DNA of 45,476 bases from Escherichia phage vB_VIPECOTPH05A. Location of the stretch: the sequence record PQ429079.1; one strand, 5' to 3'. This document shows positions 17,788 through 27,059 of this stretch, piece after piece (the first letter of the stretch is position 1; the number at the start of each line of letters is the position of its first letter). A program made the position numbers and the translations under genes. The notes under the pieces are model-generated. The model did no database searches. It had not been told where the DNA came from and saw nothing but the letters and a program-made list of their open reading frames with translations.

Positions 17788-17802
17788 TGAGGGGTGCGTA
17801 TT

Positions 17803-18301
17803 ATGAGAGACCTAATTAATTGGCACGACCATTTTCTACTACGAACCCGACACGGGGAAGATACGATGGAAGTATTCCCCGAGACACAGTATAAACGCCG
17901 GAGACGAAGCCGGCAGCCCAAGTAAGAGGGGCTACATCTGTATCGTCGTCAGAGGGGTTAGTTACAGGGCTAATCGCATCGCGTGGGAGATGCATAACAA
18001 TGAACGTTTAGGGACTGATGATGAAGTAGACCATATAAATCACATCCGGGATGATAATCGTGCATGCAACCTTCGTAAAGTATCTCGTACTGATAACAAC
18101 CGAAACGCATCTCGGAGAAAAGATAACAAATCAGGTCTCACAGGTGTGCACTGGAACGCACGGGCGGCTAAATGGAAAGCATGTATATTTGTTGGTGGTA
18201 AACTTATATTCCTGGGCCATCATGACAATATATTTGACGCGGCTTGTGCGCGGAAATCTGCGATTATTCGCTACGTCTTTCATGAGAATCACGGAGGTTA
18301 G
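17803..18301 (+). pseudogene. HNH homing endonuclease, apparently frameshift-disrupted
   Basis: ATG at 17803 opens a 39-aa frame; the HNH body (VDHINHIRDDNRACNLR) is in the +1 frame from about 17816 to 18301 with no start codon of its own. Confidence 0.55.
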
Positions 18302-18302
18302 A

Positions 18303-18434
18303 ATGCTAAGTAAACTGATTATCGCGGTACTGGCAGGATTCGCCGCCGGTGTCTACTGCCACGAGGGGCAATACGGCATGATTGTCGCCGTATTAGGTAT
18401 GTTCATCGCAATTTATCTGTGGGTGCTGGAATGA
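18303..18434 (+). CDS. small membrane protein (43 aa)
   Basis: MLSKLIIAVLAGFAAGVYCHEGQYGMIVAVLGMFIAIYLWVLE; ATGA-coupled. Confidence 0.35.
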   Translation: MLSKLIIAVLAGFAAGVYCHEGQYGMIVAVLGMFIAIYLWVLE

Positions 18435-18516
18435 AAATTTACTGGTTCTACGAAGAAGACCGCCGAATCTGTCCGCGCTGTGGGATTGAGCATACGAAAC
18501 GCGAGGGGTGCGTGTT

Positions 18517-18669
18517 ATGACAATGCTTGTATTTTGGACGATAGTAGCCATGCTCGCACTGTTACTCGGTGCAGGAATAGCCGCGATGTTCTGTTACGGC
18601 CTGTTCTTTAAGTTTGCCGGTGTCGCCGTTCTAGGCGGGGCTTTCATTACCTGGATTCTGCGCTCATGA
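18517..18669 (+). CDS. small membrane protein (50 aa)
   Basis: MTMLVFWTIVAMLALLLGAGIAAMFCYGLFFKF...; preceded by a 29-aa CxxC peptide ORF at 18431..18520. Confidence 0.35.
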   Translation: MTMLVFWTIVAMLALLLGAGIAAMFCYGLFFKFAGVAVLGGAFITWILRS

Positions 18670-18950
18670 CTAAAGAGGGGCGCATCCAGAAATACGCAAA
18701 AGAGCGATTCGAGGCTATCGGCGGCCTCGTTCGTAAGCTCTCCTACGAAGGACGTTCCGGCGCTCCTGACCTGCTGGTAATTCTCCCCGGCGGCATAGTC
18801 TGGTTCGTCGAGGTTAAGAAAGACGAAAACACGAAGCCGGACCCGCACCAGTTACGAGAGCACGAGCGTATGCGTAAACGTGGTGCTAATGTTTTTGTCG
18901 TTGGTTCGTTCAAACAGGTTGACGACCTAATAGCGAACTATTATAGTTAG
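18666..18950 (+). CDS. VRR-NUC domain nuclease
   Basis: PD-(D/E)XK core GAPDLLVILPGG...WFVEVKKDE. Confidence 0.65.
   Translation: MTKEGRIQKYAKERFEAIGGLVRKLSYEGRSGAPDLLVILPGGIVWFVEVKKDENTKPDPHQLREHERMRKRGANVFVVGSFKQVDDLIANYYS
18919..18947 (+). promoter_or_regulatory. sigma70 consensus-like promoter (TTGACG-N17-TATAGT)
   Basis: embedded in the 3' end of the VRR-NUC gene; same architecture as promoters at 11336 and 14358. Confidence 0.5.
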
Positions 18951-18980
18951 CCATACACCAACAATATAAGGAATTGAGAA

Positions 18981-19175
18981 ATGAAACACGAATATGACCG
19001 CAAGCCAGCACGTGACATCGTACCTGGCGACATGATTTTCAACGTTAAGACCCGCCAGCCTGTTGCCGTTGATACTGTGTTCGTCGAGTCAAACGGTAAA
19101 CTGGTTATCGAAGATGTAACAGGCAACGTTACTGCGTTCGGGCGTAAAGAGCTGGTACTCTACGTTAAGGATTGA
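18981..19175 (+). CDS. hypothetical protein
   Basis: 64-aa ORF with RBS AAGGAATTGAG. Confidence 0.45.
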   Translation: MKHEYDRKPARDIVPGDMIFNVKTRQPVAVDTVFVESNGKLVIEDVTGNVTAFGRKELVLYVKD

Positions 19176-21643
19176 ACATGTCTAAATTTATCCGTCGAGG
19201 GTACCAGAAGCTCATGACTTCGTTCATGCTGCAACACCCGCGCTGTAATATCTGGGCCAGTATGGGTAGCGGCAAGTGCCTGAAACGCGGGACTGAAGTT
19301 ATTATGTTTGACGGTACGACCAAGAAAGTAGAAGACGTCATCGTCGGTGACGTGCTTATGGGGCCGGATTCGACGCCTAGAAATGTACTGTCTCTCGGTA
19401 GAGGCCGGGAGATGATGTACGAGGTTAAACCGCGAAAAGGAGAGTCGTATACGGTCAACGAAAGCCATATATTATCCCTGCGAACTACTACAGGGATCGC
19501 AAAAGGTTCATGGCCAGATAATACCGTTTTCGACATAAGCGTCCGCGACTGGCTTAAGTTGCCGAAATATGTAACCGGACCTAATGGGTATCTTAAGGGT
19601 TGGCGGGTACCTGTCGATTTTACAAGGAAAGAGCAGGACGAGGCTTTATTGCCTCCGTACCTTATGGGGTTATGGCTGGGTGACGGTACTTCGTCGTCGG
19701 GGGCCATAACATCAGGAGAGAACGAAAAGGAAATAAGGGCTTATCTTGAGTCGTACGCAGCACGTAATGGGATGCAAATACGAAAAGAAGGACTTACATG
19801 GAGTATATCTTACGGCAACACAGGTCATAAGAAGCACGGGTTTACGCACGCGCTGAAATCGGCGGGTGTCCTGAACAATAAGCATATACCGCATAGTTAC
19901 AAATGCGGCGACCGGCGACAGCGGTTAGAATTGCTGGCGGGGCTTCTGGATAGTGATGGTTACTGCGATTTGTCTAAAGCGGGTTTTGACTGGATTTCGG
20001 TAAGCGAGCGACTTGCTGATGATTTTTGTTATCTATGCCGTTCTCTTGGTTTTGCTGCTTACAAGAAGAAAACTCGTAAGCGTTGCGCAAACACTGATGT
20101 TTGGGGTGACTACTTCCGTGTGTCGGTATCTGGCGATTTTTCTGAGGTACCTTTCGTGCGAGGACGCCACCAGAATTTACCGAAGCGTAATATTAATAAG
20201 AACGTGCTTAACGTTGGGATAGAATCCATAACCCCGGTCGGCGTAGATGATTATTTTGGCTTCACTATCGACGGTGACAGTAGGTTTTTATTGGGGGACT
20301 TCACTGTCACGCACAATACAAGCTCAACGTTGTGGGTTCTCAACCGCCTGTTCCGTAATGGGCAACTTAATGACGACGACCGCGTGTTAATCCTCGCCCC
20401 GTTGCGTGTTGCGTCTGGCACGTGGCCTGCGGAACAGGCACGTTGGGGTTTCCCGTGCCTGCGTGTCGTAGATGCAACTGGTTCAGAGAAGCGCCGCATC
20501 GCGGCGCTGGAGTCGGACGCTAACGTGGTGTGCACTAACTACGAAGTTATCGAATGGCTTATTGACTACTACGGCAAAGACGACTGGCCTTTTACAGTTA
20601 TTGTCGCCGATGAAAGCACGAAGCTGAAATCGTTTCGCAGCCGTTCAGGTGGTAGCAAGCGTGCAAAGGCGCTCAGCAAAGTGGCGTTTGGTAAGGTTAA
20701 GCGTTTTATCAACCTGACCGGTACGCCGTCACCAAACGGCCTCAAAGACTTGTGGGGGCAGAACTGGTTTATAGACGCAGGCGAGCGACTTGGTTCTTCG
20801 TACACGGCATTCACTGACCGCTGGTTTAACTCGGTGCAGAAAGGGAAGTCCGCGATGGCGCGCGAGTATCACGCACGACCGGGTGCAGATAATGAAATTC
20901 ATCAGAAGATGAAGGATATCAGTCTCACTATCGATGCCGCAGAGTGGTTCGGTTGCGAAGCGCCGATTATCGTTCCTGTTGAAATAGACCTGCCGAAGAA
21001 AGCGCGTCAGGCGTACATCGATATGGAGGAGAAGTTATTTGCGGAACTCGAGAGCGGAGAAGTCGAAGCGGCTAATGCCGCGGCGAAGACGTCGAAGTGT
21101 TTGCAGATTGCATCCGGTGCCGTATATGTGTCAGGGCCAGATGGCGAAGCAACAAAAGACTGGGAGAAAGTGCACGACACGAAACTGGATGCGCTCGAGT
21201 CGATTGTTGAGGAGTTACAGGGTGCGCCGTTACTGGTAGCCTATCAGTTTAAGCACGAACTGGAGCGTATCCTTAAGCGATTCCCGCAAGCGCAGGCGTT
21301 TGCCAAAGGCGCTAAGGGTAATAAGCAGATGGAAGCGTGGAACCGTGGGGGAATCGAAATCTTATGCGTTCACCCCGCGTCAGCGGGCCATGGTTTGAAT
21401 TTACAGGACGGTGGACATCATCTGGTATTCATATCGCAAGGCTGGAACCTTGAGCACTATTTGCAGGTTGTCGAGCGCATAGGCCCCGTACGCCAGAAAC
21501 AGGCGGGGCATGAGCGCCCGGTGTTCCTTTATCACATCGTTGCTAAAGACACGCTGGATGAGGTTGTTGCCGCGCGTACAGACGAGAAGAAATCGGTCCA
21601 GGAAGAGTTGCTTAATTACATGAAGAGACGAGGTAAGAAATGA
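19172..21643 (+). CDS. SNF2-family helicase, intein-containing
   Basis: extein has Walker A GSGK|T (split by intein), DEST box VADESTKL, LTGTPSPNGLKDLW, HPASAGHGLNLQ, Q..G...R. Confidence 0.75.
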   Translation: MNMSKFIRRGYQKLMTSFMLQHPRCNIWASMGSGKCLKRGTEVIMFDGTTKKVEDVIVGDVLMGPDSTPRNVLSLGRGREMMYEVKPRKGESYTVNESHILSLRTTTGIAKGSWPDNTVFDISVRDWLKLPKYVTGPNGYLKGWRVPVDFTRKEQDEALLPPYLMGLWLGDGTSSSGAITSGENEKEIRAYLESYAARNGMQIRKEGLTWSISYGNTGHKKHGFTHALKSAGVLNNKHIPHSYKCGDRRQRLELLAGLLDSDGYCDLSKAGFDWISVSERLADDFCYLCRSLGFAAYKKKTRKRCANTDVWGDYFRVSVSGDFSEVPFVRGRHQNLPKRNINKNVLNVGIESITPVGVDDYFGFTIDGDSRFLLGDFTVTHNTSSTLWVLNRLFRNGQLNDDDRVLILAPLRVASGTWPAEQARWGFPCLRVVDATGSEKRRIAALESDANVVCTNYEVIEWLIDYYGKDDWPFTVIVADESTKLKSFRSRSGGSKRAKALSKVAFGKVKRFINLTGTPSPNGLKDLWGQNWFIDAGERLGSSYTAFTDRWFNSVQKGKSAMAREYHARPGADNEIHQKMKDISLTIDAAEWFGCEAPIIVPVEIDLPKKARQAYIDMEEKLFAELESGEVEAANAAAKTSKCLQIASGAVYVSGPDGEATKDWEKVHDTKLDALESIVEELQGAPLLVAYQFKHELERILKRFPQAQAFAKGAKGNKQMEAWNRGGIEILCVHPASAGHGLNLQDGGHHLVFISQGWNLEHYLQVVERIGPVRQKQAGHERPVFLYHIVAKDTLDEVVAARTDEKKSVQEELLNYMKRRGKK
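19277..20317 (+). mobile_element. intein with LAGLIDADG homing endonuclease domain (347 aa)
   Basis: begins Cys (CLKRGTEVIMFDG) right after GSGK, ends ...THN followed by Thr; two LAGLIDADG-like blocks LMGLWLGDGT and LLAGLLDSDGY. Confidence 0.75.
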
Positions 21644-21777
21644 ACATCATAGCCCCGATTCCAGCATTGCAAAAACGTATCAAGGAACTCGAAGAAGAGG
21701 TTCTACGCCTTCGTCAGCAAAGAGACGCCGCTAATGTGCAACTGGCGTTTGTACTGGAGAAGTTAGCAGAAGAGTAG
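21640..21777 (+). CDS. hypothetical coiled-coil peptide (45 aa)
   Basis: ATGA overlap with helicase stop; below ORF-track cutoff. Confidence 0.3.
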   Translation: MNIIAPIPALQKRIKELEEEVLRLRQQRDAANVQLAFVLEKLAEE

Positions 21778-21809
21778 AGAAAAGGCCCCTTTCGGGGCCT
21801 TGTTTATTT
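21776..21809. terminator. bidirectional rho-independent terminator
   Basis: stem AGGCCCC/GGGGCCT flanked by A-run and T-run, at convergence of the replication and structural modules. Confidence 0.7.
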
Positions 21810-24144
21810 AACTGTTTGTCAGGGTAGCCACTAATGTCTCAAGCGCTATAATCCTTTTCTCTAACTGAGCTGCTTTACGTCGCTGTAACGCAGCCTCTAA
21901 TATCAATACCTCATCATAACGAATACCATACCGCTCCCCTGCCGCCGTAGCTTTTGTTAATACTTCCCCAGATTCCTCATCAATAATTTCCGGAGACGCT
22001 TCCCACTTATCGTAGCACAGGAAACCGTACTTAGTCGCGTCCAACCCGTGCCGGGTAAACGCCTCAATTGCTCGTTGGGCTACTACTCCAAAGTGCCACC
22101 TAGCTGCATCCTCCCCCTTCTCTGCAACCCTATCCAGGTACTTATATTGAACTAAATTAACTTCAGCCCAAGCGTCTAACATAGCGTCAGTTAATTCCAG
22201 GGGTAGTGTCTTGGCTCTCTCGTCAGACGTAACCGTAAACGCTGTTTGAGTGAATCCGCCGGACAAAGCGAGACTTGCCGACCCGATAGCGACGGTGTTT
22301 GCACTGGATGGTGTAATAGCCGTCGGTGCTATTTGAATATACGCCAATGTGTCAGAGGCTAAGCGTAAATTACCATTAACCAGAGAAATAGTTCGAGAAG
22401 TACCATTAGATGTGAGTAATTTTATCTGAGAGGTCGTACCTCCACCAATAGCCAAAGATGTAGCCCCATCGGAAATTAGTCTGAATTTATCAGCTGTCAC
22501 AAAACGCAATGCAGAAGTATCTATATACTTAGTGAACCACTCAAACCTACCGGACATGGACCCTATGTATTGTCCTATAGCGGGGGCGTGTACCACGTTA
22601 CTGGTGGTAGTACCATCAATGCTAGAGACCCCGGTTATAGTAGATAGTGAACTAAGAAGACTGTTCTTGGGTCCAGGGTGCTTTACTTCCACAAAGTTAC
22701 GGGTAGTCCCTGTCTCTAGTGTAACAACCCCGGAAGCACTATACATAGGGAAAACCGATGCGTAGTTATTACTAGCTCCGTCTAAAAACCTAATAGAAGT
22801 CGCGGTTTGCGTTTGCCCTAAACTATTAGTTCCGCTGCACCCAACCATTAGAATATTATCAGCGGCATTATAGTTGCCTTGTAATGTAACGCCGTGTGCT
22901 TGCGTGGCCTCGGAGGAGGAGTAATCAGCTACAACATTTGACACCAGATTACCTGAACCCTTGCCGGTGACCACAGCGGCGTACTTAGCGTTATTAGCAA
23001 CAACATTACTGATAATATTACTGCTAGGGGCATTGGTCGTCTCGGTGCCATTATAAACAACGTGCTGACAGCTTTGCCCAATGACGCCACTAACAACATT
23101 ACATTTAGCATCTGTTTTCAACTCAACCGCCCCGAATTGGGGGTAGTTTCGGGCGATAACATCGTTGATTATAGTATTACTTGCGGACTCAAACAGCACG
23201 CACCCCGCTGTTTTATTTGTAGCATACCCGGAGTAGTCGCCCCGTATGCCGCTTACAATGTATCCAGACGGACCCCCATCACTAGGGTATGCTATTAAAC
23301 TAAATCCAGTTCCCTTTGCATTTTTAAAATCAATACCTTTAATAGTAACGTCCTGCCCACCGGCGAAGGAAACCTGCTGACCCTGTGTGAAGTCCGTTGC
23401 CTTATTTCCTACAATACTCAGGGTGCTAAGTAGCCCTCCTGCAGGTTTATCAAAGATTAAGTGGTTTCCAGAATCGTTTGATTGTTTTAAAACCCCACCC
23501 CCTGTTCCGAATAGAGAGCATGTCGGGTGGGAGAGTAGCGACGTACTATACTCCCCTTGCGGTACAAGCACCCCGTTACTAGCTGTAAGCGCTCGGTTAA
23601 GGGCGTTTGTGTAATCAGGGTCAGTACCTAAATAGAAGTCCAGAACGGAAACTACTTCTCTATTTTTATCGTGTTGCGTCCTGCCGACAGCGTCGGTAAA
23701 TGGTTGTCGGACGCCGACCATGGCATCACCTAATGTCGCATTGTCTGTGCTGGATAAATCATTGCGCAAATCCGGGTCAGTACGCGGCTCCCAGTTAGCG
23801 TTACCTACGGGATTAAAACTCGCGGGAACTGTAACTGGTAACGTCCCCGCGTACGAGTACCACGTTTTACTTACAGGGTCGTACACCACTTTGTCGCGGT
23901 CATTAACTGTTAACGTACCGCCAGAGGAGAAATCCCACGATACAGGAGAAAAACCAGCATCACGCAACACGGCGGGTAACGTCTTCTGTGTCTGCCCTGT
24001 AACCTGGTTTGTTGCGTAATCAATATCGGCTCCGCCAGCGACACCGCCGGATTTGCCAGTGATAACCTCGGCTTCGAAAATCTGGTGTTTCTTGGCGGTT
24101 TGTAAATCCGCCAGGCTTAAAACGTCACCGCATCCGCTTGACAT
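21808..24144 (-). CDS. tailspike/tail fiber with beta-helix (depolymerase-like) domain and C-terminal intramolecular chaperone
   Basis: 778 aa; repetitive beta-helix-like middle; C-terminal region around TSDERAKT resembles the auto-cleaving chaperone (S74) domain. Confidence 0.7.
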   Translation of the reverse strand: MSSGCGDVLSLADLQTAKKHQIFEAEVITGKSGGVAGGADIDYATNQVTGQTQKTLPAVLRDAGFSPVSWDFSSGGTLTVNDRDKVVYDPVSKTWYSYAGTLPVTVPASFNPVGNANWEPRTDPDLRNDLSSTDNATLGDAMVGVRQPFTDAVGRTQHDKNREVVSVLDFYLGTDPDYTNALNRALTASNGVLVPQGEYSTSLLSHPTCSLFGTGGGVLKQSNDSGNHLIFDKPAGGLLSTLSIVGNKATDFTQGQQVSFAGGQDVTIKGIDFKNAKGTGFSLIAYPSDGGPSGYIVSGIRGDYSGYATNKTAGCVLFESASNTIINDVIARNYPQFGAVELKTDAKCNVVSGVIGQSCQHVVYNGTETTNAPSSNIISNVVANNAKYAAVVTGKGSGNLVSNVVADYSSSEATQAHGVTLQGNYNAADNILMVGCSGTNSLGQTQTATSIRFLDGASNNYASVFPMYSASGVVTLETGTTRNFVEVKHPGPKNSLLSSLSTITGVSSIDGTTTSNVVHAPAIGQYIGSMSGRFEWFTKYIDTSALRFVTADKFRLISDGATSLAIGGGTTSQIKLLTSNGTSRTISLVNGNLRLASDTLAYIQIAPTAITPSSANTVAIGSASLALSGGFTQTAFTVTSDERAKTLPLELTDAMLDAWAEVNLVQYKYLDRVAEKGEDAARWHFGVVAQRAIEAFTRHGLDATKYGFLCYDKWEASPEIIDEESGEVLTKATAAGERYGIRYDEVLILEAALQRRKAAQLEKRIIALETLVATLTNS

Positions 24145-24156
24145 ATAGAGTCCTCT

Positions 24157-26703
24157 TTAATTAAAACCATTGCTGAATCCGTCGGAGAAACCGCTACCGT
24201 ATGGAGCGACGCCGTCGTATTTATAGAATCCGTCGTCATAGTTGTAGCCTGTAATCTTGACCGTGCGGTCGTCGCCCGGGTCGATTGAAGAAACAACTAT
24301 CTTCTGTGCATTATGCCTTGCTTCGTTGCCGAATGAAAACTCAGTTTTTAGTGCGCTATTCCCCGTGTATATTGCTTCCCCCGGCGCGGAGAGCATAATC
24401 ACTTCGCGGTCGTGGTTTCCTTTGATAACAGAAATACTCTGCACGGAGCCATCGCGCTTCTTGAGGATGATGGAGTGGTCATCGCCGGGGGTAAACGTAA
24501 CCGGCTGTGACAGTGTCAGCGTAAGCCCATTAACGGCAACAACATAGCCATCCTGCGGCGCGATACGCGAGCCTTTAACGACACTGATTACGCCGCCCGG
24601 TGTAGCGAGTGCCCCCTCTTCGGTAGCTTCGAACTCTACGACAACTTTACTTAACGCATTGCGCTGATAGCGACGCCACGCCAGCCAGTACGCCTGCTGA
24701 TAGTTGCGCACGCCTTTCGATTCGTATTCCTCAGTGTTTGCACCGAGTTCTTCCGGGATATAAATAGTTTCCTGTACGTTTGTATCCGGGTCGATGTACG
24801 AGAACGACAGGCTATCGTAGGTAGTAGAATCGTTGAATGTGCGCGTCCATTTCTCTGTACCGGTAGTTTTACTGCGGTGGGTGAACACCATTTCAGGACC
24901 AGCAACCGGACGGTCGAAGCGCAACATAATATCCGCGCCTTTACGGTACGCGGTACAAAACACGGCTTCCGCTATGGTCTGAACAATGTCCTGCATCGTT
25001 GTATCATAATCATCAAACGTGTAGCAGAACTGCCCGGCTAACTCGCTGCCAAAATAGGACTCAATCTCTTCCTGCACAGCAAGTAACTTGTCCATGTTTG
25101 CGGTTGTCAGTTCTAAGTTACCTACCGCCGGGTCGCGGGCCAGTCGAATTAGTGATTGCACCGCCTGCGTATTAGGTGTCATTACCGTATCAAATACCCC
25201 ATTTCCGAGGTATTTGTAACACATCTCAGTCGCAATCATGCGCAGTTCAGGGTTGTCAATACTAGCGGCCCGCGGTGTCTGTTTACGGGCGCAATGTACT
25301 GTTGTCCGGTTGCCGTAGTGCGGGGTTGTGTCCAGAGACTGCCCGTACAGGTTGATGAATGTTATCTCATCGCTTACGGTACCGTCGTAGTCCTTATCAA
25401 AATTCGTTATACGACGCATACGGGCGCGGAAACGCGATGCAGTAGGCAATTGCCCGTAGATAGACGTGCCAACGTAATCCGTGCTATTACCGGTAACGGT
25501 GCCTTGTACGGTGTAGATATCACCAATCGGGTTACGCTGAGAATCTATCATCTGGTACTGGAGTTCTACGGTTACATTGGCTCGGCTATAACCGCCGTCG
25601 TATTTGTAGAGGCCGTTCTGCCCGGCAACGTTAGCAAGCACCCGGTCAACTTCTCCGCGCACCATGTAATACCAGTCGGTCAGGGATACGTCGTAGGTGT
25701 CTCTAGGACCAATGAAAGTATCAGAACGCTCTGTTAAGGTATACGTCTGCCCACTGGTTAACGCGTCCCAATTAGAAGCACCATTCACCGCCAGTCTTAC
25801 TTCGAAGTCATCGACATATAAAACCTCAAACGAGCCGTTAAGATTAGTGACGCCTGCAACGTCAAAGTTGCTCAGCACCGCGACATCACCGACGCTAAGA
25901 AACTCAGAAAAAGCGGAGTTACCCGACGGGTCATAGATGTAGCCGGTGTTTGAAATACGTTTCGCGGTGCCATCGGCGCTTGGGTTAGCCCCGATGTCGT
26001 TTGGCGCTTTCAGTACAATACCGTCAACGTCGTCGTTGGAGTATGTCACATAGAGTTTCTGGTCAATGACGTCCCCGATTTGTAGCTGCGGAGATGTGGT
26101 GTTGTTCGGGGAGGTATATGGCGCATACACGGCAACAGAGGAGCCTGTGATGTCACTTATCAGGGTATCGCCCTCTGTGACCCCATCAGCCTCAATATGT
26201 AGATGCCCTCGCCCGGCGTCATAGTACGAGTATTCTAGTAAATTCCCGATATTGTCGAACGCCTTATACGTCTGCATCAGGTCATTAGGGATTGTCTGCA
26301 CAGTCCCGCAGATGTCATAGGAGCGCTCGTAAGGACGCGGCTTGTTGGAGCGGTCAGTAAGGCTGTTATTAGCGGATTTTGCTTGGTTATTTGTCGCTGT
26401 TACCGCCAGATTCGGTTTCTTAGTTAGTAAAACCGTAGCCGCGACGACGACCAACGCAACAAGCGCACCTACTACAAGTGCACCCCCACCAGCTCCTTCT
26501 ACTATGTGATACACCGCGTCTTCGTCTTTAAGCGCTTCGAAGTCGTCCGTTACGTCTGTATCATCACCAATTTCGCCGAGGTAGACGCGCACCGGCACGC
26601 CGTCAGGAATACGGTTAACGACAAACTCCATCGGCATCCCGACGTGTTTTGTGCGGTCGAAAACACCGTTAGCATTTCGCGTGTAGTGCAGGATTATCGC
26701 CAA
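24157..26703 (-). CDS. tail tip/central fiber protein (lambda J-like)
   Basis: 848-aa protein directly after K/L/M-like genes; N-terminal hydrophobic stretch GAGGGALVVGALVALVVVAATVLL. Confidence 0.6.
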   Translation of the reverse strand: MAIILHYTRNANGVFDRTKHVGMPMEFVVNRIPDGVPVRVYLGEIGDDTDVTDDFEALKDEDAVYHIVEGAGGGALVVGALVALVVVAATVLLTKKPNLAVTATNNQAKSANNSLTDRSNKPRPYERSYDICGTVQTIPNDLMQTYKAFDNIGNLLEYSYYDAGRGHLHIEADGVTEGDTLISDITGSSVAVYAPYTSPNNTTSPQLQIGDVIDQKLYVTYSNDDVDGIVLKAPNDIGANPSADGTAKRISNTGYIYDPSGNSAFSEFLSVGDVAVLSNFDVAGVTNLNGSFEVLYVDDFEVRLAVNGASNWDALTSGQTYTLTERSDTFIGPRDTYDVSLTDWYYMVRGEVDRVLANVAGQNGLYKYDGGYSRANVTVELQYQMIDSQRNPIGDIYTVQGTVTGNSTDYVGTSIYGQLPTASRFRARMRRITNFDKDYDGTVSDEITFINLYGQSLDTTPHYGNRTTVHCARKQTPRAASIDNPELRMIATEMCYKYLGNGVFDTVMTPNTQAVQSLIRLARDPAVGNLELTTANMDKLLAVQEEIESYFGSELAGQFCYTFDDYDTTMQDIVQTIAEAVFCTAYRKGADIMLRFDRPVAGPEMVFTHRSKTTGTEKWTRTFNDSTTYDSLSFSYIDPDTNVQETIYIPEELGANTEEYESKGVRNYQQAYWLAWRRYQRNALSKVVVEFEATEEGALATPGGVISVVKGSRIAPQDGYVVAVNGLTLTLSQPVTFTPGDDHSIILKKRDGSVQSISVIKGNHDREVIMLSAPGEAIYTGNSALKTEFSFGNEARHNAQKIVVSSIDPGDDRTVKITGYNYDDGFYKYDGVAPYGSGFSDGFSNGFN

Positions 26704-27059
26704 AATTCAATCTCCGTGTACAGGTCGCTCAGGTCAACAAGCCGGTCTAGCCGTACCTGACGGGAGGCCATCTCGCAATGACTCACCATTCCGTCAAAGT
26801 AGACCCCGGCGTGCCACACGATTCTGCCGCCGCGGCGCCTACCCATAAGAACCGCGCACAAGTTCTCAGGCTTATCAATTTTCGTAAGCCCCTTCGTGTT
26901 GCGATGCCCTTCGTCAAACGCGTCGTTAATTGCCGTTGGGCTTGTAGCGTCGAACGCCGGTGTGGCTAACCCGGCATCCGCACGGACAATACGCACGTGA
27001 TGCCAGCAATTGCGTTTGCGAAAGTCGTAAGGTATCCCCGTGTAGTCGTTAATGTTCAT
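26694..27059 (-). CDS. tail assembly protein, NlpC/P60 domain (lambda K-like)
   Basis: 121 aa with Cys and His residues (NCWHHV...WHAGVY) in an arrangement consistent with NlpC/P60; position in the tip operon. Confidence 0.5.
   Translation of the reverse strand: MNINDYTGIPYDFRKRNCWHHVRIVRADAGLATPAFDATSPTAINDAFDEGHRNTKGLTKIDKPENLCAVLMGRRRGGRIVWHAGVYFDGMVSHCEMASRQVRLDRLVDLSDLYTEIEFWR

Noticed and set aside
25156-25737. 193-aa plus-strand ORF
   Set aside because: Lies entirely inside and antisense to the J-like tail tip gene; no RBS or promoter context.
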